Source: Amphiscolops sp. MND2022 (lineage: Eukaryota). Taken from it: a DNA stretch of 64,000 nt. Shown one piece after another: positions 36,828 to 49,859 of the stretch. A program made the position numbers and the translations under genes. Every line of letters begins with the position of its first letter. Position 1 is the stretch's first letter. The stretch is from the NCBI GenBank assembly GCA_964187785.1, contig OZ076409.1:68264001-68328000 (forward strand), written 5' to 3'. The notes beneath the pieces are model-generated. The model did not search any database, had not been told where the DNA came from, and saw only the letters and a list, made by a program, of their open reading frames with translations.

Positions 36828-37772
36828 TGTCGAAGATGTTAAAGTTTTAATAATTTGAATTGAAGGAAGTAATTTTAAAGTAATGAACTTTGCAAAGTGC
36901 TCTCACAGTACGTCTGTATCTCACGGTAACAAATTTTTTCTCTCTCAATTTCTCTATCGCAATAGGACCTTCAAACTTGTTACTTGCGCTTGATTGTTTG
37001 CGTCTCTCCCACTCAACTCATTTTGGCTAACCTGCTTTTATCACCTCATGGTACATTACGGGACTGGTCACTTCAGTCGTCGCTAACTACCATTGTAATC
37101 TTTATATTTCTGTTGCCGTACCAGCATGTATCATTGATCTCATAACATCACAGCACGTACTAATTTACAACTAATGATCAAAAATGTCAAGCAAAATTAC
37201 TTGTAGTATTTTCCCAATTAACAATTTCAGCACACTAATCACAAATAACGACTAATGTTCAAAGTCATTGTTGGTAATTTTATACTAAAGGTCAACTAAA
37301 TGACTGTATATGAACTAAACGATGTTCTAGTAACTGAACTATCAATGATTTAGGTATGAAGAACTGCATGTACATGTGGGTAAAAAGTATGACTAGATAT
37401 GCTAGTCGTTTACCTTAATGAATAGTGTTTTGCGCTAAAAGGTTACTAAATTCGACTATATGTTTTCGTCGTTACTGTGAATCAGGTGAGTGGAGCGTAT
37501 TTATGTACTTTACAAAGCATGAGGTTAAAATGCACTGTAGATTTCTGTTTTAGCTGTTTTTGGTTTGTGGTTGGGACGACTAATAGTATTGGTCGTTGTT
37601 TAGCACATTTTTGTAATTCGTAGCACAGGTGAAATTGGAGTGACGACTGAACGATACAGTCGTCCATTATATGAGTTTACATGTATTCTAAATTATTTAT
37701 AGTTGAAAGGTTTGGGTAATTGATGATGACTTCATTCTTCAGTTGTTGTATTTCATACCATCCGGTATGACA
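36509..37772 (-). repeat. 5' LTR of Gypsy C (1264 bp)
   Basis: Direct repeat of 22457-23718, followed by TSD CCAAG. Confidence 0.95.
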
Positions 37773-38999
37773 CCAAGGGAACTCTGTACCATGTGCACCC
37801 AACGAACTTTATCAGTACTGTTATTTTTTAACTTTTCGAATTTTTGTTAAAAAACCTACAGTTAAGATAATTGTTTTGGTGTTTTGACACGGAGAATTCA
37901 GGCACAGAATCTTATGAGAATGTTGAAATGTCTTTCCCGAAGCAATTTGAGTCAAATAATTCCGAACACAACCAGGAAATTAGTTTTAATATTTTAGTGC
38001 TGAAAAAATGAAACATTGCTTGACTACATTCTCTGCAGTCAATTATTCAGTCATTTATATAACTAGTACCCAGCTCTCGAAATGAAAAATTGCGTAGTCA
38101 GCAACCGTTTAAAATCACGGTCACTATCAATCATAAACCATTAAAACATGTCGCTGAGCAATGATCCGCGCTGTCCATGCAAAAAAATGTAGGGCCAATT
38201 TCAAACCATATATCAGCTTTAACGCAAGACATATTCATCGACCAACCGAACAAGGAACGAAAAGTAAACAACTCATGTCATGGGTAATCGAACGAAAATT
38301 AATTCACGTTACGACAAGGACATTACACAACGAACCAAGTACTGGAAAGTTGGTAAAAAGAATACTTGAACTATGTAAAAGCAGATTTATGTCGGAAAAA
38401 CAATACAAAACTAAAAATACCAACCAAAACCACTCGAAAACGGAATCCCATAACAAACAAGGAAATGCCTAGTACACGTCGAGAGAAATCACAATCAATG
38501 ACCGCTGAACAGATACTTGTAGCGAAACTTTGATCCATTGTAGAAGAAAAAGACCTGGAAGAGAAGGTGAAGAAGCGGAACAAAAAGTCATGGAGAAGAC
38601 GACACATACAAAAGCCAACCCAAAATTCTGAGAGACAAAACCAAGATTCGAAACCGCAACGATCAACTGTGTGAACAAAAACAATAACCATAGCCAATGA
38701 TGAACACCTTGGTTGGTGATATGCAACAACTTCAAAAAAGGGACACTTCAGAAAACTCTAATAGCGTGTGGTTTACCAACAACATTTGAATATACATCAT
38801 CGAATGTATCAGAACAATATTTCATAAGATTTTTGAAAGCACAATTCAGGAACGCTGTTATTCAACCTTTGAAATGTCCTTGAACGAGAACACTTTTGTT
38901 AAACATACTTTTTGTACAAATCCAATTACGATCGTGAAAAGATAACTTATCAACTTGGGACAACCTTACCAAAACAAAATGAGTAGATTCTGGTGGGCT

Positions 39000-39402
39000 T
39001 CTTTTGAAAAAAAGTGTCACAATTGAAAAAAAAGTGTCACAATGACGAAAAAACTGAAAGGGGGGGCCTTTGGGATTTTTCAACATCCATTCTGTCGGAA
39101 AATATCAAAAAATTTAAGGGATATCAAAAAAATTTCAAAAAATCAAAAACTTCGAAAAAAAGTCTCACAGAGTCGAAAATACTCTAAGGGAGTATCCTTT
39201 GGCCGCGTTGAGTTTCTTAGATGTTGTAAAAATACTACTCCGTGAGCTAAGTAAGATTTATAAAAAGTTTGAGACTGTAAGAATCACAAGAAGAGTGGAC
39301 AATTCAGAGTTAGAGTGTAGGCTGAAAAATAAAAAGAAAAAACCTTACCCATCGTAATAGTTGGGCTTTTTTCTTCAAAGGAAATAGCGCCTACTAAAAA
39401 AA
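39000..39402 (-). mobile_element. HINE-like copy on the minus strand (5' head retained)
   Basis: The reverse complement of ~39351-39402 (tttttagtaggcgctatttcctttgaagaaaaaagcccaactattac) matches the head at 13231. Confidence 0.6.
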
Positions 39403-39786
39403 CGTCTATGAACAACTGGAACGAAATATTTACTTCGCAGCGAGGAAAGTCGGGCAAACGAATATCTTTTACTTCGAGTTTGCAAGAGCCTGAAAGCAGA
39501 GCGAGAAAAAAAATTGCCGGAAGAATTTAAGAATTTCATAAGTACCCAACTCTTTTTACACGAAGTTAATGAACTTGATTTGCATCTCCGAACTATATAA
39601 TTTATACAAGTTTTGTTTTGAAAATACTAATTACGTTCGTTCTAATGAAAACTTGGTATTATGTGAGCCTGAGCTGACAAAGAATACGATTTGATGTATT
39701 CGTGTATTAAACAGAGTCCACAGTTTTATGGCGCTACTGAAAACAAATTATGCGGCTGCAAACAGTGAATTATGCCAAATATGGCT

Positions 39787-40354
39787 TCAAAAGTTAACAT
39801 ATTTCACAGTATAGTAGCAAAATAGAGAATAAGTAACATTTCGATCAGACATGGTACTCCTGAAAGGCGATTCCAATAGATTGAGTTTACTGAAATTGTG
39901 TTCAATTTCCGCACTTGTCTCTGGAATCCAGATTTTGTTGAGAGCTATTTTCGGAATCAAGGGGTATTCATCACCTTTTGATTCCCAGTAGTTAGGTTTA
40001 TCAACTTTGTCAAAAGCCATATGACAATTGTAATATTTACCGACACCACTTGTCCATGATATGATTGTTCATCTCGTTACCGAAGTTTGATGGATATGAT
40101 GAGATATTTCGTTCCAAACATGATTTTTGTCTAGTGTCGAATCCACGAACTTCCTTGAAAAACTCTATAGCCTTTGTTTGAAATTTGTAGTGCTTTTCGA
40201 TTTTTTCATACGCTAAAACGATTCCATCTCGGAAATTGTTATTAAATATTCCGGTTTTAGAGTCCGAAGTTTTTAGGCGCTTGTGTTTGGAGAATGCATA
40301 TGGTTTTGGATTGTTGACAGTTTTGTACAAAAGTTGTGTTGACCTAATTTGCAA
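39787..40354 (-). pseudogene. C-terminal fragment of a second, different hAT-like transposase
   Basis: YWESKGDEYPLIPKIALNKIWIPETSAEIEHNFS...RSTMS resembles the hAT dimerisation domain; upstream FFKEVRGFDTRQ. Confidence 0.7.
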
Positions 40355-40756
40355 AAAAAGTATTTCCCCATCATGATAAAGATTGTTCGGAAAGTTCGTA
40401 GGCCGGCCGATAACAGTGGTTTCTATGTTATTACTACATGTGTGTAAGTTACTACTTACAAATGTAATGAACTAAGCCTCATATAGTTTTTTCTTGCTCT
40501 ATGTCACTCGCTTTTATTAGCTTTCAGAGCTAATATTGACTTATCGATTGAATATTTTGCCTCGTATTTTGCCTTGTCTCAATGATTTTTGTAATTATGC
40601 TGAGTACGCGGCGAGCATAAAATGGTGGTCCCTGGTATTCATAAATCTTTTTCAAGAGAAACCGGTGTACTTCAGTATGGATGGACACAATAAACGAAGC
40701 AATCTACAAGAACGAAGTCTACAAGTACAAAGAAAAGATTATAACAAAGAAAACTA

Positions 40757-41217
40757 CACCCAGTTTATTTTATAAGCAATCGCTTATAAGCAACGTAGGC
40801 TAGAAAACACTAAAACTTAAGCAATAATTAAGCAATTTGAAAACTCTAGAATTTGTAAATTGTTAAGCAATTTTTAAGCAATTTGTAATCTAAATTTAAA
40901 AATTAAATGAGTAAAATTTCAATGCCATCAATTTCATCTAAAGATATGTAATCAACACTGCCATCTTCAAAATCAATTTTGTATTCTGCCAATGTCACAT
41001 TGTAATACTTGATTGCTCCAATATGCCATCCAGAATCATACAATGCTTTAATCTTTCTCCCAACATTTTCATAGTCAAATAATCTTGAATAAAGCGTAGC
41101 AATAAAGCTAAGCAATAGTTAAGCAACGTATAGGCCTCAAATTGGTAAATTGTTAAGCAATTGTTAAGCAACGTAATCTATTAGCGCCACCTAATTGCTT
41201 ATAAAATAAACTGGGTG
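40757..41217. mobile_element. MITE / internally deleted DNA transposon with 24-bp TIRs and TA target duplication
   Basis: CACCCAGTTTATTTTATAAGCAAT (40757-40780) and its perfect reverse complement (41194-41217). TA on both sides. Many subterminal TAAGCAA repeats. Confidence 0.85.
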
Positions 41218-41399
41218 TACAGTTCAGGTAAATAATCAACATTGTCTGTCCAAGAATTGATTTCGCACGAGAAACCTAAATCCAAAGAATGAACATTCAA
41301 GCTCTGTAGTAGATACTAGATTGCTGACAATAATAATCTTGGTCAAGTATACCCAATTAGGAAACTTTGAAGAAAATATGAGCTTCATGAACGCGATAT

Positions 41400-41730
41400 T
41401 GCTTCCATGGGAAAAACAATTCTCGAAAGAACAAATCGGGAACAATACAACCTGCAATCACGAACGAAAAATATAGTCAATATGGATTCAATCGAAAAAC
41501 CGGCAATCGAACTTCATTAAAAAACAACAGCGGCAGTTTGCAAAATAAACAACGCAAGCACCGATAATTCGGATAAATAAAAGCAAAGCAAGGAAGTGTT
41601 CAAAGAACCATTTGAAACAACTCATAAGGTCAAAGGTTTCCAAGCGTACTTCTATGTTAAACTAAACGCAGAAGTTGTACAACCGAAAACTCGGCCGATA
41701 TCAATATGTCTACAAGATGCCACTGAACAT
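41400..41730 (+). pseudogene. Old Gypsy PR/RT junction relic
   Basis: KEPFETTHKVKGFQAYFYVKLNAEVVQPKTRPISICLQ resembles the RT N-terminus of elements A and B (QQKGRRIPIQLQ). Confidence 0.45.
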
Positions 41731-42129
41731 CAATCAATACTTGCCTTGCCAGCATGATGGAAATATAATCTACTAAATATCTGTAATGTAAATAATATGT
41801 CTTATGTACTTAGATATGGGCAATATGATGTCATATAATAAGAGCCATGGTTGTGAGCAACCCTACGTTACTTGTACTTAATCCCCATTTCTCCCATGAG
41901 TTTGAGTTATATACATTTACTTAATACTGAGCGCTCTAGTTCCGGTGTCCGCATAAATGATCTTGCCAAAAATGGCCTTGAATGTGCTATATTTCATAAA
42001 TATTGGTTTGTCACGACAAGGGAGAGAAGTTTTCCGGCCAGACTGGACCAAGAGATATTGGAAGTAATGAGATGTATAGCTTCTACTAGCTCCCCGCCTC
42101 AGGACTTGTAGTCGTGACAACACTTTCAT

Positions 42130-42560
42130 AAAGTTCATCGTTAGTCCATCAGCGGATTCAACGATGAACCCAATTTGTTTTGAATGAAGTTCATCGCAAT
42201 TTCATCTCCGAAATTGCGGGTGAACAACGATTGGGACTTTAAACTGATTTTCATCACTTATCCATCAGCGGATTTTATGAAAATTGCTGTTTTATCTAAT
42301 GAGTTCATCCTAAACTCATCTCTGATTTTACTTTGCGCTAGATCTAGCAGTTTATCGAATGAATCCATCCTAAACTCATCGTCAATCTAGTTTGTGCTGG
42401 AAATTGGTAATTTATGGAGGAAGTTCATCCCTTTACCATCGCCATTTAAAATAGTGTTGATTTTTGGGCGAGAAAGACTACATTTCATCGCGTATCCGCC
42501 CTCAATTTCAGAATATCGATTTTATTGCTAGAATCAACTGGAAAACATCGTTTTCCTATC
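42130..42560. repeat. ~8 degenerate ~60-bp units each with CATC-N7-CATC, in the D 5' LTR
   Basis: ttcatcgttagtccatc, ttcatcgcaatttcatc, ttcatcacttatccatc, ttcatcctaaactcatc, tccatcctaaactcatc, ttcatccctttaccatc and two more degenerate units. Confidence 0.75.
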
Positions 42561-43225
42561 TCGCAATGCATTTTACCCTAATTTGAATTGAAATCAGTGT
42601 GCTATTGAATACTTTGAATTCATTTTCGTTGCTAGAGAGACCATTGTGGCATGTGCAGGTAATTATGACACTGTAAAGTGATGATTAACCACCATTTACA
42701 CATATGTAGATTGATCATGATGCGTGGCCACCCTGCGGCAGTTCACAACACCGGTCACGTGACTTACCAATTAGCACCAACCGGCAGTAGCCAATGAGAA
42801 GAGGCTGCTAAGAGATTTAGCGCCTTACCAGCCTGAAAAGACACGTGAACTGCTGTAGTTTAAGCCGCCATTAGAGATTACTGAGACCGAATTACGATAA
42901 GTTACCGTATAGTTTGATATTTCACGCCAGAAGTTTACTTGAAAAGTACATCCTTAATTCATCTCTGAAACCATAACACGACTACCTGAGTAATTTCGTT
43001 GAAAAATCTACATTACGATGAGAACCGGATGAACTTTCCTACCTACCTTTGCTAAATTCCTTCCAATCACTTGATACCTGTTTATTTGTACAACTGATCT
43101 CTAATTCATCTCAGTTCAAGATTAGTGAATTCGAGATCGCATAATCAGATATGAAACAGCAAAATACATCCAAATAACATCTCAGAAAATCCAGTCTTCA
43201 CTCACAAGTCTTTTCATTTATCTAC

Positions 43226-44740
43226 ATGAATCAGGACCAGGAAACTGTACTCAGAAGCGGTAGAGTCATTGATTCCTCATCAGAAATAGAATCTCCTGCA
43301 GATCCAAACATGGCCCAGGCAAACTCGAATGATTCTGACACCAACGACAGTTCAGATATCTCTTCCCAGTTATCTGAAATAAAAGAGAGTTATGAACGCC
43401 GAATTAACGAGTTGCATCAAGAGTTTAGTCAACTGAAGGACTTAATGATGGCGATTGTAAGCAAGAACAGTAGCGAATCTCAGCCATCTAGCTCGAAAGG
43501 TCCTTCAAAACCGGCCCAACAGCATGGGTTCGACATGGTGACAGGAGTTACAGAAACCCGCTCTACCCGCCCGACATCAAGCTTCACAAACTTCAGACGA
43601 TACCAAGATTATGACTCAGACGAAGAAGGCGAATCAACTCCCAGAAGCAACGAAGAACGGCTGCTAAACGCCATCGAGACGATCCCACAACGCATAAAGA
43701 GCACTACAACAAATACAAAACTACTGCCGACACACGTACCGAATTTCAGAGGACAAAAAGACAAATTCGTCGAATTTGAACACCTTCTCCTCAATCACCT
43801 CAGCCCGTTAGCCAATAAAATAACTGAGGAGAACAAGCTTCATATCTTTCAAAGCCTTTTGAGAGACGAAGCAATCGAGTATTGGCAATCGATCCAAATA
43901 ACGCCACTGACAACGCTGAAAGATGTGCTCGATCTGTTCAGAAAAGAATTCGCGAAAGAGGATCTTAAAGAAGTGGCTCGCTACAAGTGGGATCAAGCCC
44001 GTTACGATCCCACAACAGAGACTTTCAGCGACTTCCTCAAAACTTGAAAAAGACTGCGAAACAAGCCTTTGGGGATGAAGCGGATAAAATCATCAAGATG
44101 TTCTTGTTCGGCAAACTCCCAGTCGAAATACAACAAGAACTTACGATGGCCAACAAGGAGGAGAGCTCACCAGAAGAAATCAAGACATACTTGATGAGAA
44201 AGTACCAATACCAACAGTATGCAGCGCCGCCCACGACAATTCAACCATTCAACGCAGTCACCTCCTCTATTCCGACGAACAATGAAACAACCAAACCAAC
44301 AACAACGACGACAACACAACCAACTGAACGAAAACGATTCGAGGGACAATGCTTCTACTGCGGAAAGACAGGTCACCGCAAAACGGAATGTCGCGCCCGA
44401 CAACGTGACGAAGCAAATGGCATCAAGAAGGAAGATGCAATTCCGATGAAGAAAGCAACCGACCCAGACAAACCGAAGTACAATCCCAAGCTGGTTTGTC
44501 AGATTTGTGGATACACTGGCCACTCCGCAAGAGACTGCAGACGACGCATTCCCAAAGAAAGCAGCTCTGCATATGGCAAGATCCCTTATGAGACTTAGTC
44601 CCACAAATTCACAAGACGACAATAAAGCTAGAAGACAGGACTTAAAACGACAACAAAGACCAATGAACCCGATGCAAGCAGTTGCTGACGAAGAGGAACA
44701 GATAGGCTACTCTGATGAAGACATCAATCAGGGTTTTTGA
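43226..44740 (+). pseudogene. gag: gag of Gypsy D (two apparent frameshifts, ~44040 and ~44595)
   Basis: Homologous to C gag (FEHLL, FQSLLRD, YKWDQARYDPTTE). CCHC knuckles CFYCGKTGHRKTEC and CQICGYTGHSARDC. Confidence 0.88.
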
Positions 44741-45197
44741 TTCAACCACGATTTCCGCACGCTAGAAATACAACGCGCGACACACGACTTTCGACTCAAC
44801 CGACTACACGCAACCGTCCAATGAAGAAATTGCAGCCTTCACTGGACAAACGACCAAAAGCTGACGATGTCTATCAGCGAAGACTTTCCAACGATGAAAA
44901 AGCGATGGGAAATGCACGTCAACACAACGGCAGCCGGTTTTCCCCACTCGCTGAAATCAACGATGAACATGAGATGAACTGGCAACACAACACCATGAGG
45001 CAGGTGGATGATGCCAAAGAGATGGCTACCAACCATTTTCACCACGACTCGACTTCCCACACAACAAACAACAAACGGCTTAGTATTAAAAAACATGCAA
45101 CGCAAAATAGTATTAACGATTCAAAAGCTAAAAAACGTGCAACTGAAACAGAAATTCACGTTCTCAGTCCCACCTTACACTTAAATAAAAAGACAAA

Positions 45198-48100
45198 ATG
45201 CTTTATGTCCCTCTTCAGTTTGACAAATATGAAAAACACGCTCTTTTAGACACAGACGCAATTCAAAGCGCAATGTCTGAAGCAGAATTGCGAAAAATAA
45301 CCACGGCTCATCCAGAAGCCATCCTTCAAGAATTACCCCCACCGAACTTCAAAATCCAAATAGCGAATGGAAACTTAGTCCCAGTACGCAAACAAGTCTT
45401 ACTTAGATTTTATGTTGCCGGAAAAGTCATTGAAGAAACGTTCCTGATCCTTCCAACAATGGGAACAATTTTAATTGGAATGTCTTTTTTTGAAAAGTAC
45501 TCAGTTAATTTAGACATCAAGAACCATCTTGTCCACTTCCCCAAGCACATGATGTCCATGCAAGTTAGACAGCAAAAGAACAACAAATTTAAGACTGGTT
45601 TAATCAATTTGTGTTCCAGTAATAGAACAGTGATCCCTCCTCTACATCAAGTGATGATACAGGTCCACAGTGACGCGGACATCTCACTTACAACTGGTAC
45701 AGTTGAGGGTTCACCTGCCTTCATGCGAAAGACGTGTTTGCTTGTTTCCCCAGCTTTGGCTGACCTCGATGAAGGAAAGACGACAATACAGGTCACCAAT
45801 CCGAACAACCACACGTTCACACTTGATGCCAACACCACTCTGGCACACTTTCGCATACCGACACCACATCAGGCGGCCAACATCACGCCCATGCCAGTGG
45901 AACACTTGAACTTGATCACCAAGTACCCAGACGAGGCGGAAGCAGTGATCAACCAATTGTTCGTGAACCCTGACATGAAGTCAACAAAGTGGTACCCAAC
46001 TCCAGAGACGTGCAGTGACCCAAACAAACTCAATGCAATTGAGCGACGAATCTGTGATGAAATTCTGGCACTGCGAGAACTCGAGAAGCTTGACCCGTCC
46101 CAATCCGATGAACAACGGATGAACTTCCTGAAGAACTTCAACTGGGACGAATCACTTCTTACTCCGTCTCAACAGTTACAGGTAGAGGAGTTGCTGGTAA
46201 AGTACAACTCCATTTTTGCTAGACATCGTTTTGATATTAGCATGAACACTGATTTTAAAGTTAAGTTAACCCCACAACACCAAGAACCAGTGTATTCACA
46301 AAGTCTCCCGACTCCGACAAATTTGAAGGACGATTTGCTCGTGGAGTTAGCTCTAATGCAAGAGTACGGGATAATAACTACATTTCCTCATAGTAAATAC
46401 TCGTCTCCGATATTTGCTCAACGTAAACCTAATGGTAAATTGAGAATTTTAGTTGACTTGAGAAGAATAAACCACCTGATCAAAAACGACTACGGAGAGC
46501 ACAATCATCCCGTAACTACAATTGCAGACGCTGCCCAACACATGGCCGGGAAAAAGTACTTTTGCAAACTTGATTGTTCCCAGGCCTACCATTGCATCCC
46601 AATGGCCGACGAACAGTCAGTCCAACTGTTATCGTTTAAGTTTGGTTCTAGAACTTTTGCATTCTTACGTCTAGCACAAGGTCTTAATCGTTCTTTATCA
46701 GCATTCTCAAGTGTAGTCCGTGAGTATTTGGACCCCTTGGTCAAAGCGGATCGATGTGCTCAATATGTTGATGACATTGGAATTGCAGCACATACTCCTG
46801 AAGAACTGATTAATAACCTTGAACTTGTTTTCCAGCAATTGAACAAAGCCGGTCTTAAACTTAGCATGACTAAATGCGAATTTGGACAGAAGCAAATTGA
46901 GTATTTGGGCAAAACCATTTCTAGCACCGGTATTGCTCCCATTGAAAAACGCGTAACAGACTACTTGAGCAAGTTAAAACCCCCCAACTCAGTGAAATCG
47001 TTGCAACGTTACCTTGGTTTTGTAAACTTTTACAGATCATATATTCCCCGTCTAGCTGATAAAACTTGTTGTTTACAGGAATTGATCAAGAAAGACGTCC
47101 CTTTCAAGCTGAGCCAACAACATAAAGACGCTATTTTTGAAATTAACGAAAGTCTATTAAAAGCAACAAAAGTGTCTTTGAAACTGCCATTACCTGATAA
47201 ACAATTGGTAATCATGTGCGACGCCAGCGAACACGCTGCCGGCTATGTTTTGTTAATTGAGGATTATGCTGACCCGTCAGCCAAACAAACATACGCCCCC
47301 GTTGCCTTTGACTCTAAGAAATTTCAGGGAGGCCAGATGTCTCTAACAATGTATGCCAAGGAGTTTTTAGCGATGCATTTTGCATTTGATGAAATTGGCC
47401 ACATTTTGTGGGGTGCGAAAAAACCCATCATTGTTATGACCGACAACAAAGCCTTAACCAGATTTTTTCAGGCGAAGCACATCCCGCTCTCACTGTGGAA
47501 TTTTTGTGATCAAACGCTTCAGTTCAATTTTCTATTAGCACATGTACCAGGAGTTGAAAATCCCGCAGCGGATTACCTATCTCGCCTTGAGATTAGACCT
47601 GAAGATCGTGTCGATTTAAAATTGACTGATACTATTCCCATTCACAGAATCGAGATCGACATCGCTTCCAGAACACCGAAACAGGAGGAAGACGAGCCTG
47701 ACTACTTTCCCATAAGTGAACCACTCAGATGCAAACGCCAGAAGGATGTCAAAGAGATGAACTTGGCACTTGGCATTGATGTGGCTCATGACGATGGGAA
47801 AAGGATGAAGTTCACCAACTGTGAGAGAACAGCGGCCTCATATGAATTCGCGACCGACAATCATCTGACGTACCGCCTCACAGATGTGGACGAGCCAATA
47901 CAGCTCACGCAATTCATCAATAAAGTATCATTATCAAACCCGGTAATGAGTCAGGTTAGCCCCGCTGAGGGGATCGATCTAATTCAGATTCAAGAAACTA
48001 ACTGGGTCATTCAAAAAATGATTAGATTTTTGGAAGGTTCTGAAATTTTGCAACACCCAGTTAGTATGCAAGATCAATTTTTTCAAAAGTTGCACAAAAA

Positions 48101-49595
48101 TCGCAAACGCTTGCAAGTAGTGAACGGTGTCTTGTACAGGCAGTTTTATGATCACACGGGACTGGAGTCTCACAAACAGTTAGTCGTTCCTGAAGACTGT
48201 ATCTTGAAAATCATCAGGACTCTCCACAACAGCCCGGTACAAGGACACCCTGGTTTGAAGAAAATGTTGTACGAACTACGTAAAAGATACTACTCTCCAA
48301 ACTTAGCTTGTAAAGTTCAAAAGGTTCTAGACGGTTGTGAAAACTGCATGAAATCTAAAAGCGTAAAAGAACCGCAACTACGTCCACCGTTACAGAAAAT
48401 CTACGACCCGTGCGATGGACCAGAAGACCTGCTTGAAATAGATATTATTGGTCCACTCCCGGCGTCGAACGGTTTTACGCACATTCTGACGGCTGTTGAT
48501 GTTTTTTCACGCTACCTGTTCGCCGTTCCGCTGAAGAGACCTGACACGCACTCCGTAGTCAGAGGTTTACTGTCAATATTCACGAAACACGCTTATGTGC
48601 CAAAGCACATTCTGACGGACAAGGGCACGGCGTTTACGGCTGAACTTCTCTCTGAAATCGCGAAAACGGCTGATATTCACATCTCCCACGCCACGATAAA
48701 GCACGCACAGACAATAGGCATGGTCGAGAGAACGCACGCGAAACTGAAAAAGACCCTTAAAATTAGTGTAAACGCAGACAGACCACAATGGGACCGCTAT
48801 GTCGACATAGCAATCATGGCCCATAACACAACTTACCACGACTCACTGAAATGTTCACCAACTGAATATTTCCATGGCAGAATACCGTACAACCCACTAG
48901 ACCTGCAATTCCGAAACGCAAACAAGCCGGCTGAAACAAAGTGCAAGGACGTGAATGAAATTCTAGACAAAATGAACATCATCTTCAGAGACAATCTAGA
49001 CAACATCATCTCCGCCTATCACAAGTACAAAATGTACTATGATAGAAAAGCACGAGCGCAGCCACTGAAGGTGAATGAATTCGTGTTCCTACTCGACCCT
49101 AAGTACGACTCTCAGCAAAGCAAGGAAGAGTTTAAAACTTTCCATTGGAAAGGACCGTACAAGGTGATTAAAGTGCTATCTGATAGCAACTACATCATCC
49201 GCAAAGTAGGCACACATCAGACTCAGTGCGTACACAGAATGCGACTGAGGTTGTTCAAACCGGAATTTCCGATTGATGACATCAACGTGTCCAAACATCT
49301 TTACCCAGACACTGAAAGGGTTGAAGACACGGACATTTTCGACTCGAATATTCCGACGACCGACGAAGTAGATCAGAACGAGAATGACAATCTAGATCAA
49401 GACTTAGTCGAAGAAGAGCCTTCAGAAGAAATAGTTCCACAAGTACAAGGACGACACAGTCCACAAGCAATTCCACCAGCAATAACCACGAGAATAGACT
49501 ATCAGCAAGTAGAAACTGACCACAATGACTTTATACCACCTACAGTTAGATTTGGAACGCAAGAGGAAATTATTCTACCGCCCCCCCCGCGATGA
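45198..49595 (+). CDS. pol: pol of Gypsy D (PR-RT-RH-IN); N-terminal extension 44737-45249 and tail to 49830 lie in other frames
   Basis: 1465-aa ORF. Protease LLDTDAI (DTG mutated), RT QYVDDIG, RNase H CDASEH/ENPAADYLSR, integrase HHCC plus EIDIIG/TDKGT/GMVER, and WKGPY. Confidence 0.95.
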   Translation: MLYVPLQFDKYEKHALLDTDAIQSAMSEAELRKITTAHPEAILQELPPPNFKIQIANGNLVPVRKQVLLRFYVAGKVIEETFLILPTMGTILIGMSFFEKYSVNLDIKNHLVHFPKHMMSMQVRQQKNNKFKTGLINLCSSNRTVIPPLHQVMIQVHSDADISLTTGTVEGSPAFMRKTCLLVSPALADLDEGKTTIQVTNPNNHTFTLDANTTLAHFRIPTPHQAANITPMPVEHLNLITKYPDEAEAVINQLFVNPDMKSTKWYPTPETCSDPNKLNAIERRICDEILALRELEKLDPSQSDEQRMNFLKNFNWDESLLTPSQQLQVEELLVKYNSIFARHRFDISMNTDFKVKLTPQHQEPVYSQSLPTPTNLKDDLLVELALMQEYGIITTFPHSKYSSPIFAQRKPNGKLRILVDLRRINHLIKNDYGEHNHPVTTIADAAQHMAGKKYFCKLDCSQAYHCIPMADEQSVQLLSFKFGSRTFAFLRLAQGLNRSLSAFSSVVREYLDPLVKADRCAQYVDDIGIAAHTPEELINNLELVFQQLNKAGLKLSMTKCEFGQKQIEYLGKTISSTGIAPIEKRVTDYLSKLKPPNSVKSLQRYLGFVNFYRSYIPRLADKTCCLQELIKKDVPFKLSQQHKDAIFEINESLLKATKVSLKLPLPDKQLVIMCDASEHAAGYVLLIEDYADPSAKQTYAPVAFDSKKFQGGQMSLTMYAKEFLAMHFAFDEIGHILWGAKKPIIVMTDNKALTRFFQAKHIPLSLWNFCDQTLQFNFLLAHVPGVENPAADYLSRLEIRPEDRVDLKLTDTIPIHRIEIDIASRTPKQEEDEPDYFPISEPLRCKRQKDVKEMNLALGIDVAHDDGKRMKFTNCERTAASYEFATDNHLTYRLTDVDEPIQLTQFINKVSLSNPVMSQVSPAEGIDLIQIQETNWVIQKMIRFLEGSEILQHPVSMQDQFFQKLHKNRKRLQVVNGVLYRQFYDHTGLESHKQLVVPEDCILKIIRTLHNSPVQGHPGLKKMLYELRKRYYSPNLACKVQKVLDGCENCMKSKSVKEPQLRPPLQKIYDPCDGPEDLLEIDIIGPLPASNGFTHILTAVDVFSRYLFAVPLKRPDTHSVVRGLLSIFTKHAYVPKHILTDKGTAFTAELLSEIAKTADIHISHATIKHAQTIGMVERTHAKLKKTLKISVNADRPQWDRYVDIAIMAHNTTYHDSLKCSPTEYFHGRIPYNPLDLQFRNANKPAETKCKDVNEILDKMNIIFRDNLDNIISAYHKYKMYYDRKARAQPLKVNEFVFLLDPKYDSQQSKEEFKTFHWKGPYKVIKVLSDSNYIIRKVGTHQTQCVHRMRLRLFKPEFPIDDINVSKHLYPDTERVEDTDIFDSNIPTTDEVDQNENDNLDQDLVEEEPSEEIVPQVQGRHSPQAIPPAITTRIDYQQVETDHNDFIPPTVRFGTQEEIILPPPPR

Positions 49596-49859
49596 AAGCA
49601 GGATAAGATTACCTCTGAGAGACGAACAACACGAAAATCAATCACAACAGATAAACACGCAAACTGAAGATGAGGAAAGGATGAGTTCTAGACCGTCTAG
49701 AAACAATCAGAGTAGGTACAGGTTACGCGAGAACCCTACACCGAAAACATATCCTGATTTCCTCATTCATGAGATTACTTCAGCTAGAAACGCACTGAGA
49801 AAGACCAACAAAGTAAACGTAACGATTTAGACAAGAACAACGACATTTCAAAACACACG

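Larger units (their letters stand above)
22457..37772 (-). mobile_element. Gypsy LTR retrotransposon C, full-length 15.3 kb with antisense cargo gene
   Basis: LTRs 22457-23718 and 36509-37772 (TGTC...GACA). TSD CCAAG at 22452-22456 and 37773-37777. PBS, PPT, gag and pol present. Confidence 0.95.

Noticed and set aside
38161..38970. Lys-rich ORF fragments, possibly an old retroelement
   Set aside because: No diagnostic motif; too degenerate to assign.
45410..49482. Many short ORFs antisense to pol (also in A, B, C and BEL)
   Set aside because: Shadow ORFs of long coding frames with no independent evidence.
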